A DNA stretch of 64,000 nt, taken from positions 99,071 to 163,070 of the forward strand of contig CAZQGS010000033.1 in NCBI GenBank assembly GCA_964593235.1. The letters are read 5' to 3'. The stretch's first letter is position 1. The number at the start of each line of letters is the position of its first letter. The DNA comes from an uncultured Gemmatimonadota bacterium. Its GTDB lineage: Bacteria; JAAXHH01. The notes beneath the pieces were generated by a model. The model did no database searches and had not been told where the DNA came from. It saw only the letters and a program-made list of their open reading frames with translations. A program made the position numbers and the translations under genes. Below, one piece after another: positions 39,795 through 50,494 of the stretch.

Positions 39795-40991
39795 ATGGCA
39801 CAGGTCAACATCCTCAGACATAATCCGATCGCCATTTTTTCAAATCCCACCGAAATCATAGTCAAAGACGACAAAAATCAGGTTTTTAGGTTAGTGGAAC
39901 CTAGTGGAAATGTAGGGACCCAGTATCCTAATGACTTGGGGTCTGAGTGGTTTGGCACGATTGAAAATTTGAACAATAACCTAAAAACTTGTGGGGTAGA
40001 ATGGTCGGATGTCTACAAAACAGATGTGTTATGGACTACACCGTCTACTGAAAGAGATACTTGTGATCAAGTCAAGGACGATTTTAACGCGATTTATGCC
40101 CCAATGATAAATTCGATGACCGGGTGTTCCATTAATTCAAACCGAATGGCAAGATTTACTCATCCGGAGGGATTTCCAGATCCTGTCGCATTGTTTGAAG
40201 TTCAAATTAAAGCAGTGAGAGGAGAAAATGTTTCTGTCAATAATGGGGTTATTGATTATGGATATTGGCAAGATCACCAACCTAGTGGTGCCTCGGTAAT
40301 GCACTCACGAGATGGTAAAACGATTACCTCAATAGGTCCTAATTTAGCAGAGGAAATGGCTTTTGTGATGTTTGAGCATTACGAGAAACCCTTTGCTGAA
40401 GCAGGGGTTGATTTCAAAAAGCAAACGGTCTGGATGGAAATACTCGTTGCTGTTGATGATGATCCGGAAAAAACTTGGGAACGTATAGAAATTGTCCGGC
40501 GGGCATTTGAAGAATACTATGGTAATGATCGCCCCTCTGGTCTAATATACCCTGTTTCACGGATACCTAATTTAGATGGGATTGTAGAGCCACAACCGCG
40601 TGTTGTTGCCGGGGATGTTAGTATTGACAGGTCTGGCGAAATCGAGAACGGATTTGCGACCTGGACAACTATAACTTATGGTGGAATAACCGAAGTAATG
40701 ACAAGTGCGGTTGGCGGCATTGATGCTGGTGTTGAATTATTAACGTTAGATTCTCGAATTAAGGAGGCTGGTGGCAAGGGGCTTAAAGAGGATGGAGTGT
40801 TTAATAATGCCTACGTAGTTGCTGGTCCTAGCTCCCAAGAAAACCGTGATAGGTTGAAGGATTTTAACACCGAATTTAGTGGGTGGTATGAAGGTACTGC
40901 ACCGGCGGGAAGAACTGCTCAGTATGTGGGAGGCATACAACAGGCATCTTATCAATCTGGAATCTCAAACCGGGCAATTTATTGTAAGTAA
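39795..40991 (+). CDS. hypothetical protein with tandem RidA/YjgF-like (chorismate-mutase-like) domains
   Basis: The first roughly 150 aa match the RidA fold pattern (LKTCGVEWSDVYKTDVLWT...FNAIYAPMI...PVALFEVQIKAV). Two further repeats have similar periodicity. Start at ATG 39795 with an AAGGAAA RBS. Confidence 0.4.
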   Translation: MAQVNILRHNPIAIFSNPTEIIVKDDKNQVFRLVEPSGNVGTQYPNDLGSEWFGTIENLNNNLKTCGVEWSDVYKTDVLWTTPSTERDTCDQVKDDFNAIYAPMINSMTGCSINSNRMARFTHPEGFPDPVALFEVQIKAVRGENVSVNNGVIDYGYWQDHQPSGASVMHSRDGKTITSIGPNLAEEMAFVMFEHYEKPFAEAGVDFKKQTVWMEILVAVDDDPEKTWERIEIVRRAFEEYYGNDRPSGLIYPVSRIPNLDGIVEPQPRVVAGDVSIDRSGEIENGFATWTTITYGGITEVMTSAVGGIDAGVELLTLDSRIKEAGGKGLKEDGVFNNAYVVAGPSSQENRDRLKDFNTEFSGWYEGTAPAGRTAQYVGGIQQASYQSGISNRAIYCK

Positions 40992-41132
40992 AGACAAGAG
41001 AGTGTGGCAGGGTTTTGGGTGTCTGATATAAGGTATGCTTTAAAAACCATTAGATGATATTTCCTGGTTTTCAATATAGAATTTAGCCTATACTCCAAGC
41101 CTAAAAATTAGTTGATAAGAAAGGAATTTCCA

Positions 41133-42122
41133 ATGAAAGCTGGACAGATTGTTGCCCCTGGAAAAATTGAAATAGTAGAAACAGAGCGCCCTGATCTACA
41201 ATTGGAAAAAACTAATCCGAAGGCTCTAGAAGACCTAGTGTTGGTCCGGACTATTAATGCTGCCATATGTGGTAGTGATCACCCTCTTTTTACTGGACCT
41301 GGAACATATCCAGTAGCTCCGGGTTTATCGCTTCACGAAAGTATTGGGGTTGTTGAAAGATCATGGACCCAAGAATGTAAAGAAGGAGATCTTGTATTAG
41401 CTCTCCCACAGGGATCAAGTGCTATGGCGGAGTACTTTCTCGGCCTGGGTGCTTCTATAACACCTTTACCTTTGGGGTTGCCTCAGGAACAATTAGTGAT
41501 GGCTCAACCCCTGGGCACCGTTATTTATTGTCTTCGTAAACTAGGACATTGGTTCAATTCGGAAGTAGCTATTGTTGGCCAAGGCCCTATGGGACTTATG
41601 TTTACTACAATGATGAGAAATCTAGGAGCAGCTCTAATAATAGGGATTGACCAGTATGACAACCGGCTTGATGCGGCTAAACAAATGGGTGCTACTCATG
41701 TAGTCAATACCAAAAATACGGATCCAGTCGAGGCGGTAGCTGAAATTACCGAAGGACGGATGGCTGACCTAGTTATTGAAGTTGTTGGGGTGGCAGAAAC
41801 CTTTAATATGTGTGTGCAATTAGCTCGACATAAAGCACAATTTATAAACTTTGGGGTTCCAAAAACTTCACAGTATACAATTGATATGATGGAGCTTTTC
41901 CGCAAAAACATACAATTGACGACCTCTGTTGGTCCTGATATAGATATTGATTTTAAAAGCGCTATGCGGTTAATCGAGGAAGGTCGTGTAAATTTAGCAC
42001 CAATGATCTCACACAAACTACCTTTTGCCAAGGTCCAAGAGGGCTTTGAATTAGCAACAAGAAGTAAGGGTGAGTGTATAAAGATCGTTGTAGATTTTGA
42101 AGAGAAAGGAATAAAACAATAA
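41133..42122 (+). CDS. zinc-dependent medium-chain dehydrogenase (threonine/sorbitol dehydrogenase-like)
   Basis: CGSDHPLF catalytic Zn motif, GQGPMGL Rossmann and a GroES-like N-domain. Start at ATG 41133 (AAGGAA RBS). Confidence 0.8.
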   Translation: MKAGQIVAPGKIEIVETERPDLQLEKTNPKALEDLVLVRTINAAICGSDHPLFTGPGTYPVAPGLSLHESIGVVERSWTQECKEGDLVLALPQGSSAMAEYFLGLGASITPLPLGLPQEQLVMAQPLGTVIYCLRKLGHWFNSEVAIVGQGPMGLMFTTMMRNLGAALIIGIDQYDNRLDAAKQMGATHVVNTKNTDPVEAVAEITEGRMADLVIEVVGVAETFNMCVQLARHKAQFINFGVPKTSQYTIDMMELFRKNIQLTTSVGPDIDIDFKSAMRLIEEGRVNLAPMISHKLPFAKVQEGFELATRSKGECIKIVVDFEEKGIKQ

Positions 42123-42160
42123 TTAAGAAATTATTATTGTTATTGGGAGAGACCTACTGA

Positions 42161-44020
42161 ATGAAAAAATTAAATCATATGGTAAGATTCTCGATAGTAC
42201 CAATTCTAACTGGCTTTGTGCTATCCTGTGGTGGTAGCCAATCTGAGATAGATCCCTGGGATAAGGTTCAAAAGATTCTAGAAGAATCAAAAGATACGGT
42301 GGTTTTGGATGGTATAGAAAAAACCTCCCTCAAATATTTAGGTGTGGAAGAGCCAAAATTTGGAGATTGGATAGTGCGTCATGCGTTATCCGATCCAGAA
42401 AATTTTAATCCCTACACATCGAGTGATCAAGGAGCCTCTCAGGTCCATGGATATGTTTTTGAGTCGTTATTAGAGCCAGGATATGACCCTCCCTATGCAC
42501 AGAGAGGATATCTTGCCGAGGATTACCCGGTAGTCTCTGCTGATAAGCTCACCTATGTTTTTACCCTGCGAGAGGAGGTTCATTTCTCTGACAAAGTTTC
42601 TCTTACGGTAGATGATGTTATATTTAGTATGAAGGTAATTCAGACACCAACGGTCAGGGCACCACATCTTAGAAATTATTATTCTTCAATTCTTGATGTG
42701 CAAAAACTTAGTGAATATAAAGTCAGTTTCGTTTGTAAAGAACCTTATATCCTTAATGATCTGTTCATAGGTGGATTTAGTATTCTTCCTAGACATTTCT
42801 ACGACCCTGATGGATTACTTGACCCCGTTCCGATTACAACATTGATCGATGGAAGCTGGGCTGAGAGTGAACATGCGGATAGAGTAAAACTTTTTGGAGA
42901 GCGTTTCAATCAAGACTTTAACCGGAAGATGCTTGGTTCTGGACCTTATTCCGTTAAAGATTGGCAGAACGATGTTGTGACTGGCCAGAAAGTTGTACTG
43001 AGTCGTAATTTAGATTATTGGGGTTATAAGATAGATGGATTTGGAGCCACTGGAAATTTTGACAAAATCATTTTCAAAATTATTAACAATTTAGACGCAG
43101 CATTTATTGAGCTAACTAATGGGAATTTAGATTACCATAGTTTGAAGCCATTAGAGTTTAAGGAGAAAAGCTGGTCTCGAGATTTTTTAGCACGATTCAT
43201 GAAAGGGATCCAATATGCTGGGGGGTATACGTATATTGGTTGGAATAATAATCACCCTATTTTCCAGGACAAACTGGTCCGTAGAGCTATGACGTTTCTA
43301 ACCGACAGAGAATCTATGGTGAAGAACCTGCTCTTTGGTCTCGCAGAAACTGTGGAGAGTCCAATACATAAGTTTCGACCAGAATATAATCACGATCTCA
43401 AACCCTATAATTATGACCCTGATAAAGCCTTGGCACTTCTGAAAGAAGTTGGTTGGAAAGATACAGATAATGATGGAATTCTTGACAAAGAAATTAATGG
43501 GGAGCGTATACCATTTCAATTTGAATTTCTTGTCAATTCGGGGAATCAACTCCGCAAGGATATAGCGTTAACACTTCAGAGTTCACTTGAGGATTTGGGA
43601 ATAGACTGCCGGGTACGAGAGCTAGACTGGTCGATATTTTTAGAAAAAGTTAAGAATAAAGATTTTGCGGCAGTGACACTAGGATGGACAGGTGGAACAG
43701 GGCTTCGGTTTCCCCCTGATGCTTATCAGATATGGCATTCCTCACAGATAGAAGGGAACGGATCTAACTTTGTCAGTTTTAGAAATAAAGAGAGTGACCA
43801 AATTCTTGAAGATTATCGATCAGAATTCGACGTGGAGAAACGGATTACTATGTATCGACGTTTTCAGGAGATTCTTCACGAGGAACAGCCTTATACCTTT
43901 CTGTGGAAAGCACGGGCTGCCCTCGCCTATAGCCGTCGTTATCAAGGTGTCAATTGGTACCCCGCCGGGGCAGTGACCAAAGAATGGTGGGTTGAGCCCA
44001 CCGACCGGGTATATAAATAA
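42161..44020 (+). CDS. ABC transporter substrate-binding lipoprotein, family 5 (peptide type)
   Basis: Lipobox LTGFVLSC-GGS. 619 aa with the family-5 SBP architecture. Confidence 0.8.
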   Translation: MKKLNHMVRFSIVPILTGFVLSCGGSQSEIDPWDKVQKILEESKDTVVLDGIEKTSLKYLGVEEPKFGDWIVRHALSDPENFNPYTSSDQGASQVHGYVFESLLEPGYDPPYAQRGYLAEDYPVVSADKLTYVFTLREEVHFSDKVSLTVDDVIFSMKVIQTPTVRAPHLRNYYSSILDVQKLSEYKVSFVCKEPYILNDLFIGGFSILPRHFYDPDGLLDPVPITTLIDGSWAESEHADRVKLFGERFNQDFNRKMLGSGPYSVKDWQNDVVTGQKVVLSRNLDYWGYKIDGFGATGNFDKIIFKIINNLDAAFIELTNGNLDYHSLKPLEFKEKSWSRDFLARFMKGIQYAGGYTYIGWNNNHPIFQDKLVRRAMTFLTDRESMVKNLLFGLAETVESPIHKFRPEYNHDLKPYNYDPDKALALLKEVGWKDTDNDGILDKEINGERIPFQFEFLVNSGNQLRKDIALTLQSSLEDLGIDCRVRELDWSIFLEKVKNKDFAAVTLGWTGGTGLRFPPDAYQIWHSSQIEGNGSNFVSFRNKESDQILEDYRSEFDVEKRITMYRRFQEILHEEQPYTFLWKARAALAYSRRYQGVNWYPAGAVTKEWWVEPTDRVYK

Positions 44021-44057
44021 AACGCCTTTAAATCCCCTGTCATGGATCAATTGCATT

Positions 44058-45359
44058 ATGCTTGGTTATATACTTCACCGTAGTCTACTGATGGTGCCCA
44101 CATTAATAGGGATTACGATCATATCATTTTTTATTATGCATCTTGCTCCTGGTGATCCTGTCGATTTATTTCTTGGCGGGGCAGCAGGAGGTGAGGGACT
44201 AGCTTCTGATCGGCAACAGGATATTGAGAAAGCTCGTCAAGAGTTAAGAAAGCAGCTCGGACTAGATAAGCCGTTACATATCCAGTATGTTAATTGGATC
44301 ACTGCTTTATTCCTCAAGATCGAAGCTGTGAGTGAATTTGATCTCGCAGCGATTCGGGCAGATGAATTACTTTCGACAATGAGAGATTCAGAACGAAAAG
44401 AATTAGCACAATTAGATAGAGCAGAACAAATAGAGAAATTTTTAATTTTTTTAGGAAAAGAAAAACTGCTGGAGGTAGAAAAGCTTAGGAAATCATCTTT
44501 CTGGACGGGCAGAACATTTAGCGCTAAAGGTAACTATATTTATCGCGGTGCCGGGATCGAACTTTTCAAATTTGCAGGATATCGTTTCATAACTCTTGAT
44601 TTTGGACGTTCTTTTAAGGACAATCAACCGGTAATCAGTCGAATAATACGGAGACTACCAGTTACATTAGAAATTAATATTATAGCGATAATAATCGCTT
44701 ATCTCATTGGACTACCTTTAGGTATCTGGTTAGCTGTAAAACAAAATACCCTCACGGATAGGCTACTTACAACAGGGACCTTTGTACTCTGGTCAATGCC
44801 TTCTTTTTGGGTAGGTATGCTTCTTATTATTTTTCTGTGTAATCGGGAATTTTTATACTGGTTTCCAGCCTCTGGCATACAATCTCTGGGGGCCTCTACT
44901 GATTGGGGGTCATGGAGATTAATTGGTGATCATTTTTACCATATGTTCCTTCCAATACTGGCTTCTGCCTATATAAGCTTTGCAACTATCTCCCGTTATA
45001 TGAGAACTAGTATGCTGGAAAATCTCCGCCAGGACTACGTGAGAACGGCACGAGCAAAAGGATTACCAGAAAAGGTAGTTATACTCCGACATGTTTACCG
45101 AAATTCTCTTATCCCAGTAGTAACTACTTCGGCAGGAATGTTACCTGCCTTGATTGCTGGTTCTGTCTTCATTGAGACTATTTTTACCATTCCAGGAATG
45201 GGAATGCTCGGATTCGAATCTGTGCTAAATCGGGACTATCCAATGGTAATGGCTATATTTACCATTGGGTCTTTATTATCACTCCTGGGTATCTTAGTTT
45301 CTGATATCTTACTAAAAGTGGTAGATCCACGAATCACCTTCGAACAATTGCAGGTTTAG
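44058..45359 (+). CDS. ABC peptide-transporter permease (OppB/DppB-like) with an extended periplasmic-loop insertion
   Basis: N-terminal LGYILHRSLLMVPTLIGITIISFF is a canonical OppB start. An EAA-like loop and six TM helices are present. An extra roughly 100 aa of charged helical sequence lies between TM1 and TM2. Confidence 0.8.
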   Translation: MLGYILHRSLLMVPTLIGITIISFFIMHLAPGDPVDLFLGGAAGGEGLASDRQQDIEKARQELRKQLGLDKPLHIQYVNWITALFLKIEAVSEFDLAAIRADELLSTMRDSERKELAQLDRAEQIEKFLIFLGKEKLLEVEKLRKSSFWTGRTFSAKGNYIYRGAGIELFKFAGYRFITLDFGRSFKDNQPVISRIIRRLPVTLEINIIAIIIAYLIGLPLGIWLAVKQNTLTDRLLTTGTFVLWSMPSFWVGMLLIIFLCNREFLYWFPASGIQSLGASTDWGSWRLIGDHFYHMFLPILASAYISFATISRYMRTSMLENLRQDYVRTARAKGLPEKVVILRHVYRNSLIPVVTTSAGMLPALIAGSVFIETIFTIPGMGMLGFESVLNRDYPMVMAIFTIGSLLSLLGILVSDILLKVVDPRITFEQLQV

Positions 45360-45369
45360 GAGTTCAATT

Positions 45370-46452
45370 TTGGGAGTGGACAGATTTGTAGGTAGTGAAA
45401 CACAGCCAACAGGGCAAATAGCTGACGATGTTTCTCCGTTAGAAATTGGGGAGAGTTTTTGGCGAATCACTCGGCGTGAGTTCCGTAAAAATCGCCCTGC
45501 ATTATTTAGTTTTTATCTCCTAGTTGGTATGACGATTATTGCATTATCTGCTGATCTATTAGCGGGAAACAAACCTTACTATATGGTATATGAAGGAGAA
45601 ACTTATTACCCAGCATTTCGTCAGTATGGAGTCCATATTGGTTTGCTAGAATGGCCACAGGAATTACGCACTCGAAAGAACTTTAAACGTTATGCTTACA
45701 CTGACGCAATTTTTCCTATCATCCCCTATGCCCCAGATGAAATTCTCCTTTCTAAGAAATATCGAAGACCTGGGGCAGAACATATATTTGGTACGGACCG
45801 TCTTGGTCGGGATGTCTTATCGGGATTGATCCATGGAACAAGGTATTCCCTAACAATTGGACTCGTCGCAGTTGGTATTTCTTTGGTCATAGGCTTGGGG
45901 TTAGGAGCAATGGCGGGTTATATAGGTGGGTGGGTAGATTTGTTTTTGTCCCGTATATTCGAACTTTGGGCGGCAATTCCACCCTTCTTTTTAATTATTA
46001 CGGCAGCAGCATTTTTCCCACCCAGTTTATTTTGGATAATGATTATTATTGGTTTCACAGGATGGGTAGGGATTGCCCGGCTTACTAGATCTCAGTTCCT
46101 ACAGGTCAGATCTTTCGATTACATTTCCGCAGCTAGAGCTTTGGGTTGTTCCAATATGCGAATTATGGTAATTCATATACTACCTAATGTTATTGCACCG
46201 GTACTTATTCCTGCGGCTTTCGGTGTTGCGGGTGCTATTTTAGCAGAATCGGGGTTAAGTTTTCTTGGAATCGGTGTACCAGCTGAAGTCATAACTTGGG
46301 GTTCATTACTGGCAGGGGCACGTAGCAACATCGCTGCCTGGTGGTTAGTTATTGTTCCAGGTTTTGCAATATTTATAACTGTAACGCTTTACAATCTTCT
46401 TGGCGATGGACTGCGGGATGCTCTTGACCCAAGGCAGCGTGGAAATATATGA
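45370..46452 (+). CDS. ABC peptide-transporter permease (OppC/DppC-like)
   Basis: Typical OppC N-terminus ([18 protein letters not shown]...) with six TM helices. TTG start with a TAGGAG RBS. Confidence 0.8.
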   Translation: MGVDRFVGSETQPTGQIADDVSPLEIGESFWRITRREFRKNRPALFSFYLLVGMTIIALSADLLAGNKPYYMVYEGETYYPAFRQYGVHIGLLEWPQELRTRKNFKRYAYTDAIFPIIPYAPDEILLSKKYRRPGAEHIFGTDRLGRDVLSGLIHGTRYSLTIGLVAVGISLVIGLGLGAMAGYIGGWVDLFLSRIFELWAAIPPFFLIITAAAFFPPSLFWIMIIIGFTGWVGIARLTRSQFLQVRSFDYISAARALGCSNMRIMVIHILPNVIAPVLIPAAFGVAGAILAESGLSFLGIGVPAEVITWGSLLAGARSNIAAWWLVIVPGFAIFITVTLYNLLGDGLRDALDPRQRGNI

Positions 46453-47449
46453 GAGGTATCAATTGGAAACTATTCTCCGAGTAAACGAATTAAAGACCCA
46501 TTTCGACGTTGACGGGAGTGTTGTGCGAGCAGTGGATGGTGTAAGTTTTTCTGTAGAGTCAGGAAAGACATTAGGTATTGTCGGAGAATCTGGTTGTGGC
46601 AAGAGTATGACTGCCTATTCGATACTTGGGTTGATACCACAACCTCCGGGCCGAATAGTGGGAGGTCAGGTGTTTTTTGAGAATGTAGATTTATTAACTC
46701 TTTCCCCCCGAAGTCTTAGAGGAATTAGAGGGAACGAAATTGCCATGATTTTTCAGGAACCTATGACTTCATTAAACCCGGTGTTTACTATTGGTGAACA
46801 AATTGCAGAAGCTATTCGTTTACATAAAGGTTTTAATCATAAGAATGCTTGGCGACGAGCTATTGAACTGCTAGATCTGGTTGACATACCACTTCCAGAA
46901 GAACGAGCTGGAAATTATCCTCACGAGCTTAGTGGGGGAATGCGGCAACGTGCGATGATCGCTATGGCAATTTCTTGTGACCCCAAGCTCTTAATTGCAG
47001 ATGAACCTACTACAGCTCTCGATGTGACTATACAAGCACAAATTCTAGATGTCTTACGCCGTTTACAGGCAGAACTTGGCATGGGACTTATACTAATAAC
47101 CCACGATCTAGGTGTTATAGCCGAAATGGCTCACAGTGTATTAGTGATGTATGCTGGACAGGTGGTAGAACAAGCTGATGTAAGAAAATTATTCCAGGAG
47201 CCTTGCCATCCGTACACCCGTGGCCTACTAGCCTCGGTACCGACTATGTCTTCTCAGATAGATGAACTATTAACAATTGAGGGTACGGTTCCAGATCCAG
47301 TAGATTACCCTAATGGCTGCCGTTTCTTACCTCGATGTTCTTTTGGTGAAGAATCATGTCAGCAACCACAGCTCCTGGCCGAGGTAGATGGTGCACACCT
47401 AATTCGGTGCGGTGAATGGCAGAGGGTAAAAGGTGTAAAAGTTGGTTAG
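46400..47449 (+). CDS. ABC transporter ATP-binding protein (OppD/DppD-like)
   Basis: Walker A GESGCGKS, signature LSGGMRQR, Walker B LLIADEPT and a C-terminal oligopeptide-type extension. The exact start, between 46400 and 46439, overlaps the OppC stop. Confidence 0.8.
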   Translation: MAMDCGMLLTQGSVEIYERYQLETILRVNELKTHFDVDGSVVRAVDGVSFSVESGKTLGIVGESGCGKSMTAYSILGLIPQPPGRIVGGQVFFENVDLLTLSPRSLRGIRGNEIAMIFQEPMTSLNPVFTIGEQIAEAIRLHKGFNHKNAWRRAIELLDLVDIPLPEERAGNYPHELSGGMRQRAMIAMAISCDPKLLIADEPTTALDVTIQAQILDVLRRLQAELGMGLILITHDLGVIAEMAHSVLVMYAGQVVEQADVRKLFQEPCHPYTRGLLASVPTMSSQIDELLTIEGTVPDPVDYPNGCRFLPRCSFGEESCQQPQLLAEVDGAHLIRCGEWQRVKGVKVG

Positions 47450-47463
47450 AGGAGTGAGGAAAT

Positions 47464-48468
47464 ATGGCACCATCAGATGAGAAACTTTTGTTAGTCCAGG
47501 GTTTGAAAAAATATTTTTCAGTAGGTAGCGGATTATTTCGATCTTCTCGGAAGACAATAAAAGCAGTAGATGGTGTTGATCTCTTTCTAAGGCGAGGAGA
47601 AACACTTGGCCTTGTTGGTGAAAGTGGATGCGGAAAAACCACTGTAGGGCGAACAATACTAAGACTTATTGAGCCAACAGATGGAAGTGCTGAATTTTAT
47701 ACAGCGTTAGGGGCGGAAAAATTAAGGAAGCCCCATCCCATTTTTGCTATGAACAAAGCTGAACTCAGGCGTCTTCGTCGGAAAATGCAAATTGTTTTTC
47801 AAGATCCCTATGGGTCTCTAAATCCACGGATGACTATTGGTGCACTACTACAGGAGCCTCTTATTGTTCATAGTTTAAGTGATGGTCATGAAACTTCCAA
47901 CCGTGTGGCTGAATTATTAGATACAGTGGGATTAAATCCGGCTCACGCTCGAAGGTATCCACATGAATTCAGTGGAGGTCAGCGTCAGCGTATTGGGATA
48001 GCGAGAGCTCTAGCTGTTCAGCCTGAGCTGATCATCGCAGATGAACCAGTTTCCGCTCTAGATGTGTCTATCCAGGCACAGATTATAAACCTCTTAAAGG
48101 TTTTACAAAAAAAGTTTCAGCTTAGCTACCTATTCATTTCCCACGACCTTCGTGTTATTCGCCATATAAGTGACCGGGTTGCCGTAATGTATCTCGGTAA
48201 GATTGTTGAAACTGCATCTCGTGATCAACTTTACTCAAAACCATTGCATCCCTATACAAAGGCTTTGTTGTCAGCTGTTCCGTTGCCGAATCCAGACCTC
48301 GAACGGAGCCGTACTATCCTCAAGGGGGATGTACCTAATCCTGTGGACATACCACCAGGTTGTCCTTTTCATCCAAGGTGTCCAATAGCTGAAAACCGTT
48401 GCAAAGTAGAGACGCCTAGGTTGGAGGACAAAGGAAATAGTCATCTTACTGCTTGTCACTTAGTTTAA
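47464..48468 (+). CDS. ABC transporter ATP-binding protein (OppF/DppF-like)
   Basis: Walker [10 protein letters not shown], signature FSGGQRQR, Walker [12 protein letters not shown]. Confidence 0.85.
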   Translation: MAPSDEKLLLVQGLKKYFSVGSGLFRSSRKTIKAVDGVDLFLRRGETLGLVGESGCGKTTVGRTILRLIEPTDGSAEFYTALGAEKLRKPHPIFAMNKAELRRLRRKMQIVFQDPYGSLNPRMTIGALLQEPLIVHSLSDGHETSNRVAELLDTVGLNPAHARRYPHEFSGGQRQRIGIARALAVQPELIIADEPVSALDVSIQAQIINLLKVLQKKFQLSYLFISHDLRVIRHISDRVAVMYLGKIVETASRDQLYSKPLHPYTKALLSAVPLPNPDLERSRTILKGDVPNPVDIPPGCPFHPRCPIAENRCKVETPRLEDKGNSHLTACHLV

Positions 48469-49532
48469 ATTAGGAAGTTCAGTTCGGATCTATTACGAAT
48501 TTCAAGCATTTCTTTTCGGAAAATAGACTCCATAGTAGTTTTTGTTTTTTTGGGAAGAAAGCTAAAATGAATTCCATTTAGTATGATTTTGTCGATAGAT
48601 TCTAGAGAAAATCGGTATGGGTTTATAAGTAATTGTAATTCGTCAGTAAGTGTAGTATTAAACAAGCAAGGGTCATCAGAATTGATAATAATAGGGATTC
48701 CAGCCTCATGAAGCTGTTCTATCGGATGAGCTGACATGTCAGGATAAATACCTAAACAAATATTGCTTGTTGGACTTATTTCAAGAGGGATCTGGTATTT
48801 TCTCAAGTGTGATACAAGGTTCATATCCTCGATAGATCGAACTCCATGGCCGATACGTTCTGCTCCCAATTCTAAAATAGCGGACCAAATACTTTCTGGC
48901 CCCTCCATTTCACCAGCGTGGGGTACGCTGTGAAGTCCAGCAGATCTAGCTCGCTCAAACCACGGTGCGAACGGATCAGGAGGGTACCCTTTTTCGAATC
49001 CTCCGAGTCCAAGTGCAACTACACCATCATTCTTCCCCTCAATAGCAACCGATGTTGTATAGTCGAACCTACCCTCAGAAGAGGTGTCATTACGGACAAT
49101 ATCAAAGATCCAATTAATCTCAACTCCAAAATCCTTCCGTGCCTTTTGCCTTCCAGTTGTAAGCCCAGCAAACCAAACATCTTGGCCAATCCCATTCGTG
49201 ATAAAGTGTGTACTTGGGGAGAACGTAACTTCAGCATAAAGTATATTCTGCCGCGCCATTTCAGCACCAAATTCATAAACAATCAACTCAAAATCTTCAA
49301 CCGTTTGGAGGCACCTAGTAATGGTGATATATACTTCTATAAAGTGATCAAATGTAGTAAAGGAATACCAATTTAATAGGCCTCTTTCGGTTTCCACTGG
49401 TAGATCAACATCATTCTGTTTAGCTAGCCTTAACAGAGTGGATGGTTTTATAGAGCCTTCCAAATGAACGTGTAATTCTGCTTTAGGTACGGCAGAGATA
49501 TATTTAAATAGTGACATAAGAGAAATCCACAT
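48465..49532 (-). CDS. adenosine/AMP deaminase family metal-dependent hydrolase
   Basis: [13 protein letters not shown]-terminal zinc-binding motif and SDDP near the C-terminus, typical of adenosine deaminase-like enzymes. Confidence 0.7.
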   Translation of the reverse strand: MWISLMSLFKYISAVPKAELHVHLEGSIKPSTLLRLAKQNDVDLPVETERGLLNWYSFTTFDHFIEVYITITRCLQTVEDFELIVYEFGAEMARQNILYAEVTFSPSTHFITNGIGQDVWFAGLTTGRQKARKDFGVEINWIFDIVRNDTSSEGRFDYTTSVAIEGKNDGVVALGLGGFEKGYPPDPFAPWFERARSAGLHSVPHAGEMEGPESIWSAILELGAERIGHGVRSIEDMNLVSHLRKYQIPLEISPTSNICLGIYPDMSAHPIEQLHEAGIPIIINSDDPCLFNTTLTDELQLLINPYRFSLESIDKIILNGIHFSFLPKKTKTTMESIFRKEMLEIRNRSELNFLI

Positions 49533-49669
49533 ATCCTAAGTAATCTATTAACCTTCATATAATAAAAATGATCAATTTAAATTAACCACCTTTAAAATAA
49601 TAACATGACATTAGTTTTAGTACAGGCTATAATATTTCGACAAAATATTCACTTAATAAGGGGTCAAAA

Positions 49670-50494
49670 ATGGAAATACAAGTTGTCAGTGGAGGCATGT
49701 TCAAACTTGATGGGGGAAGTATGTTTGGGATTGTCCCAAAACCACTTTGGGAAAAGATCTGTCTTCCCGATGACCGCAATCGAATTAATAATGATACAAA
49801 CTGTCTCCTAATTCGTAAAGATTCCCGATTGATATTAGTTGACACGGGATATGGAGATAAATTAAACCCACGAGATCAAGATATCTATGGAATATCTGGT
49901 CCCACTATCCTAAAATCTCTCGCGGCAGTTGGAATAGGAGCCTCAGAAATTGATCTTGTCATCCTAACTCACCTTCATTTTGATCATGCCGGGGGGGCTA
50001 CCCAGCTTGATGAGGAAGGGCGATTAGTTCCTACTTTTCCCAATGCCCATTATGTCGTTCAGAAAGGCGAATGGGAGGACGCATTGAATGAATATGGCAC
50101 AATGAAAAATACCTATCGTTCTGAAAATTATTTGCCACTTATGGATAGGGGTTTATTAACTTTATTACATGGCGATACAGAAATAGAACCCGGGATCCAG
50201 GTGGAAGTTACGGGTGGTCATACTCGCCATCACCAACTAGTTAAAATTGAAACAGGCACCAGTCAAGTAGTTTACGCCGGTGATATCCTACCCATGACAC
50301 CCCATGTGCGTGCTCCCTACAACATGGCATACGATCTGTTCCCATATGATACGATGATGGCTAAGCTCCGATTACTTAAACAGGCTTCAGATGAGGCTTG
50401 GATTATCATATGGGACCATGATGCTGAGGTGTCATCAGGTAGAATTTATTGTGAAGGATCCGGCAACTACCAATTTGAAGCTTTAGATATTTGA
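49670..50494 (+). CDS. MBL-fold metallo-hydrolase
   Basis: THLHFDHAGG metal-binding motif. 274 aa. Confidence 0.75.
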   Translation: MEIQVVSGGMFKLDGGSMFGIVPKPLWEKICLPDDRNRINNDTNCLLIRKDSRLILVDTGYGDKLNPRDQDIYGISGPTILKSLAAVGIGASEIDLVILTHLHFDHAGGATQLDEEGRLVPTFPNAHYVVQKGEWEDALNEYGTMKNTYRSENYLPLMDRGLLTLLHGDTEIEPGIQVEVTGGHTRHHQLVKIETGTSQVVYAGDILPMTPHVRAPYNMAYDLFPYDTMMAKLRLLKQASDEAWIIIWDHDAEVSSGRIYCEGSGNYQFEALDI

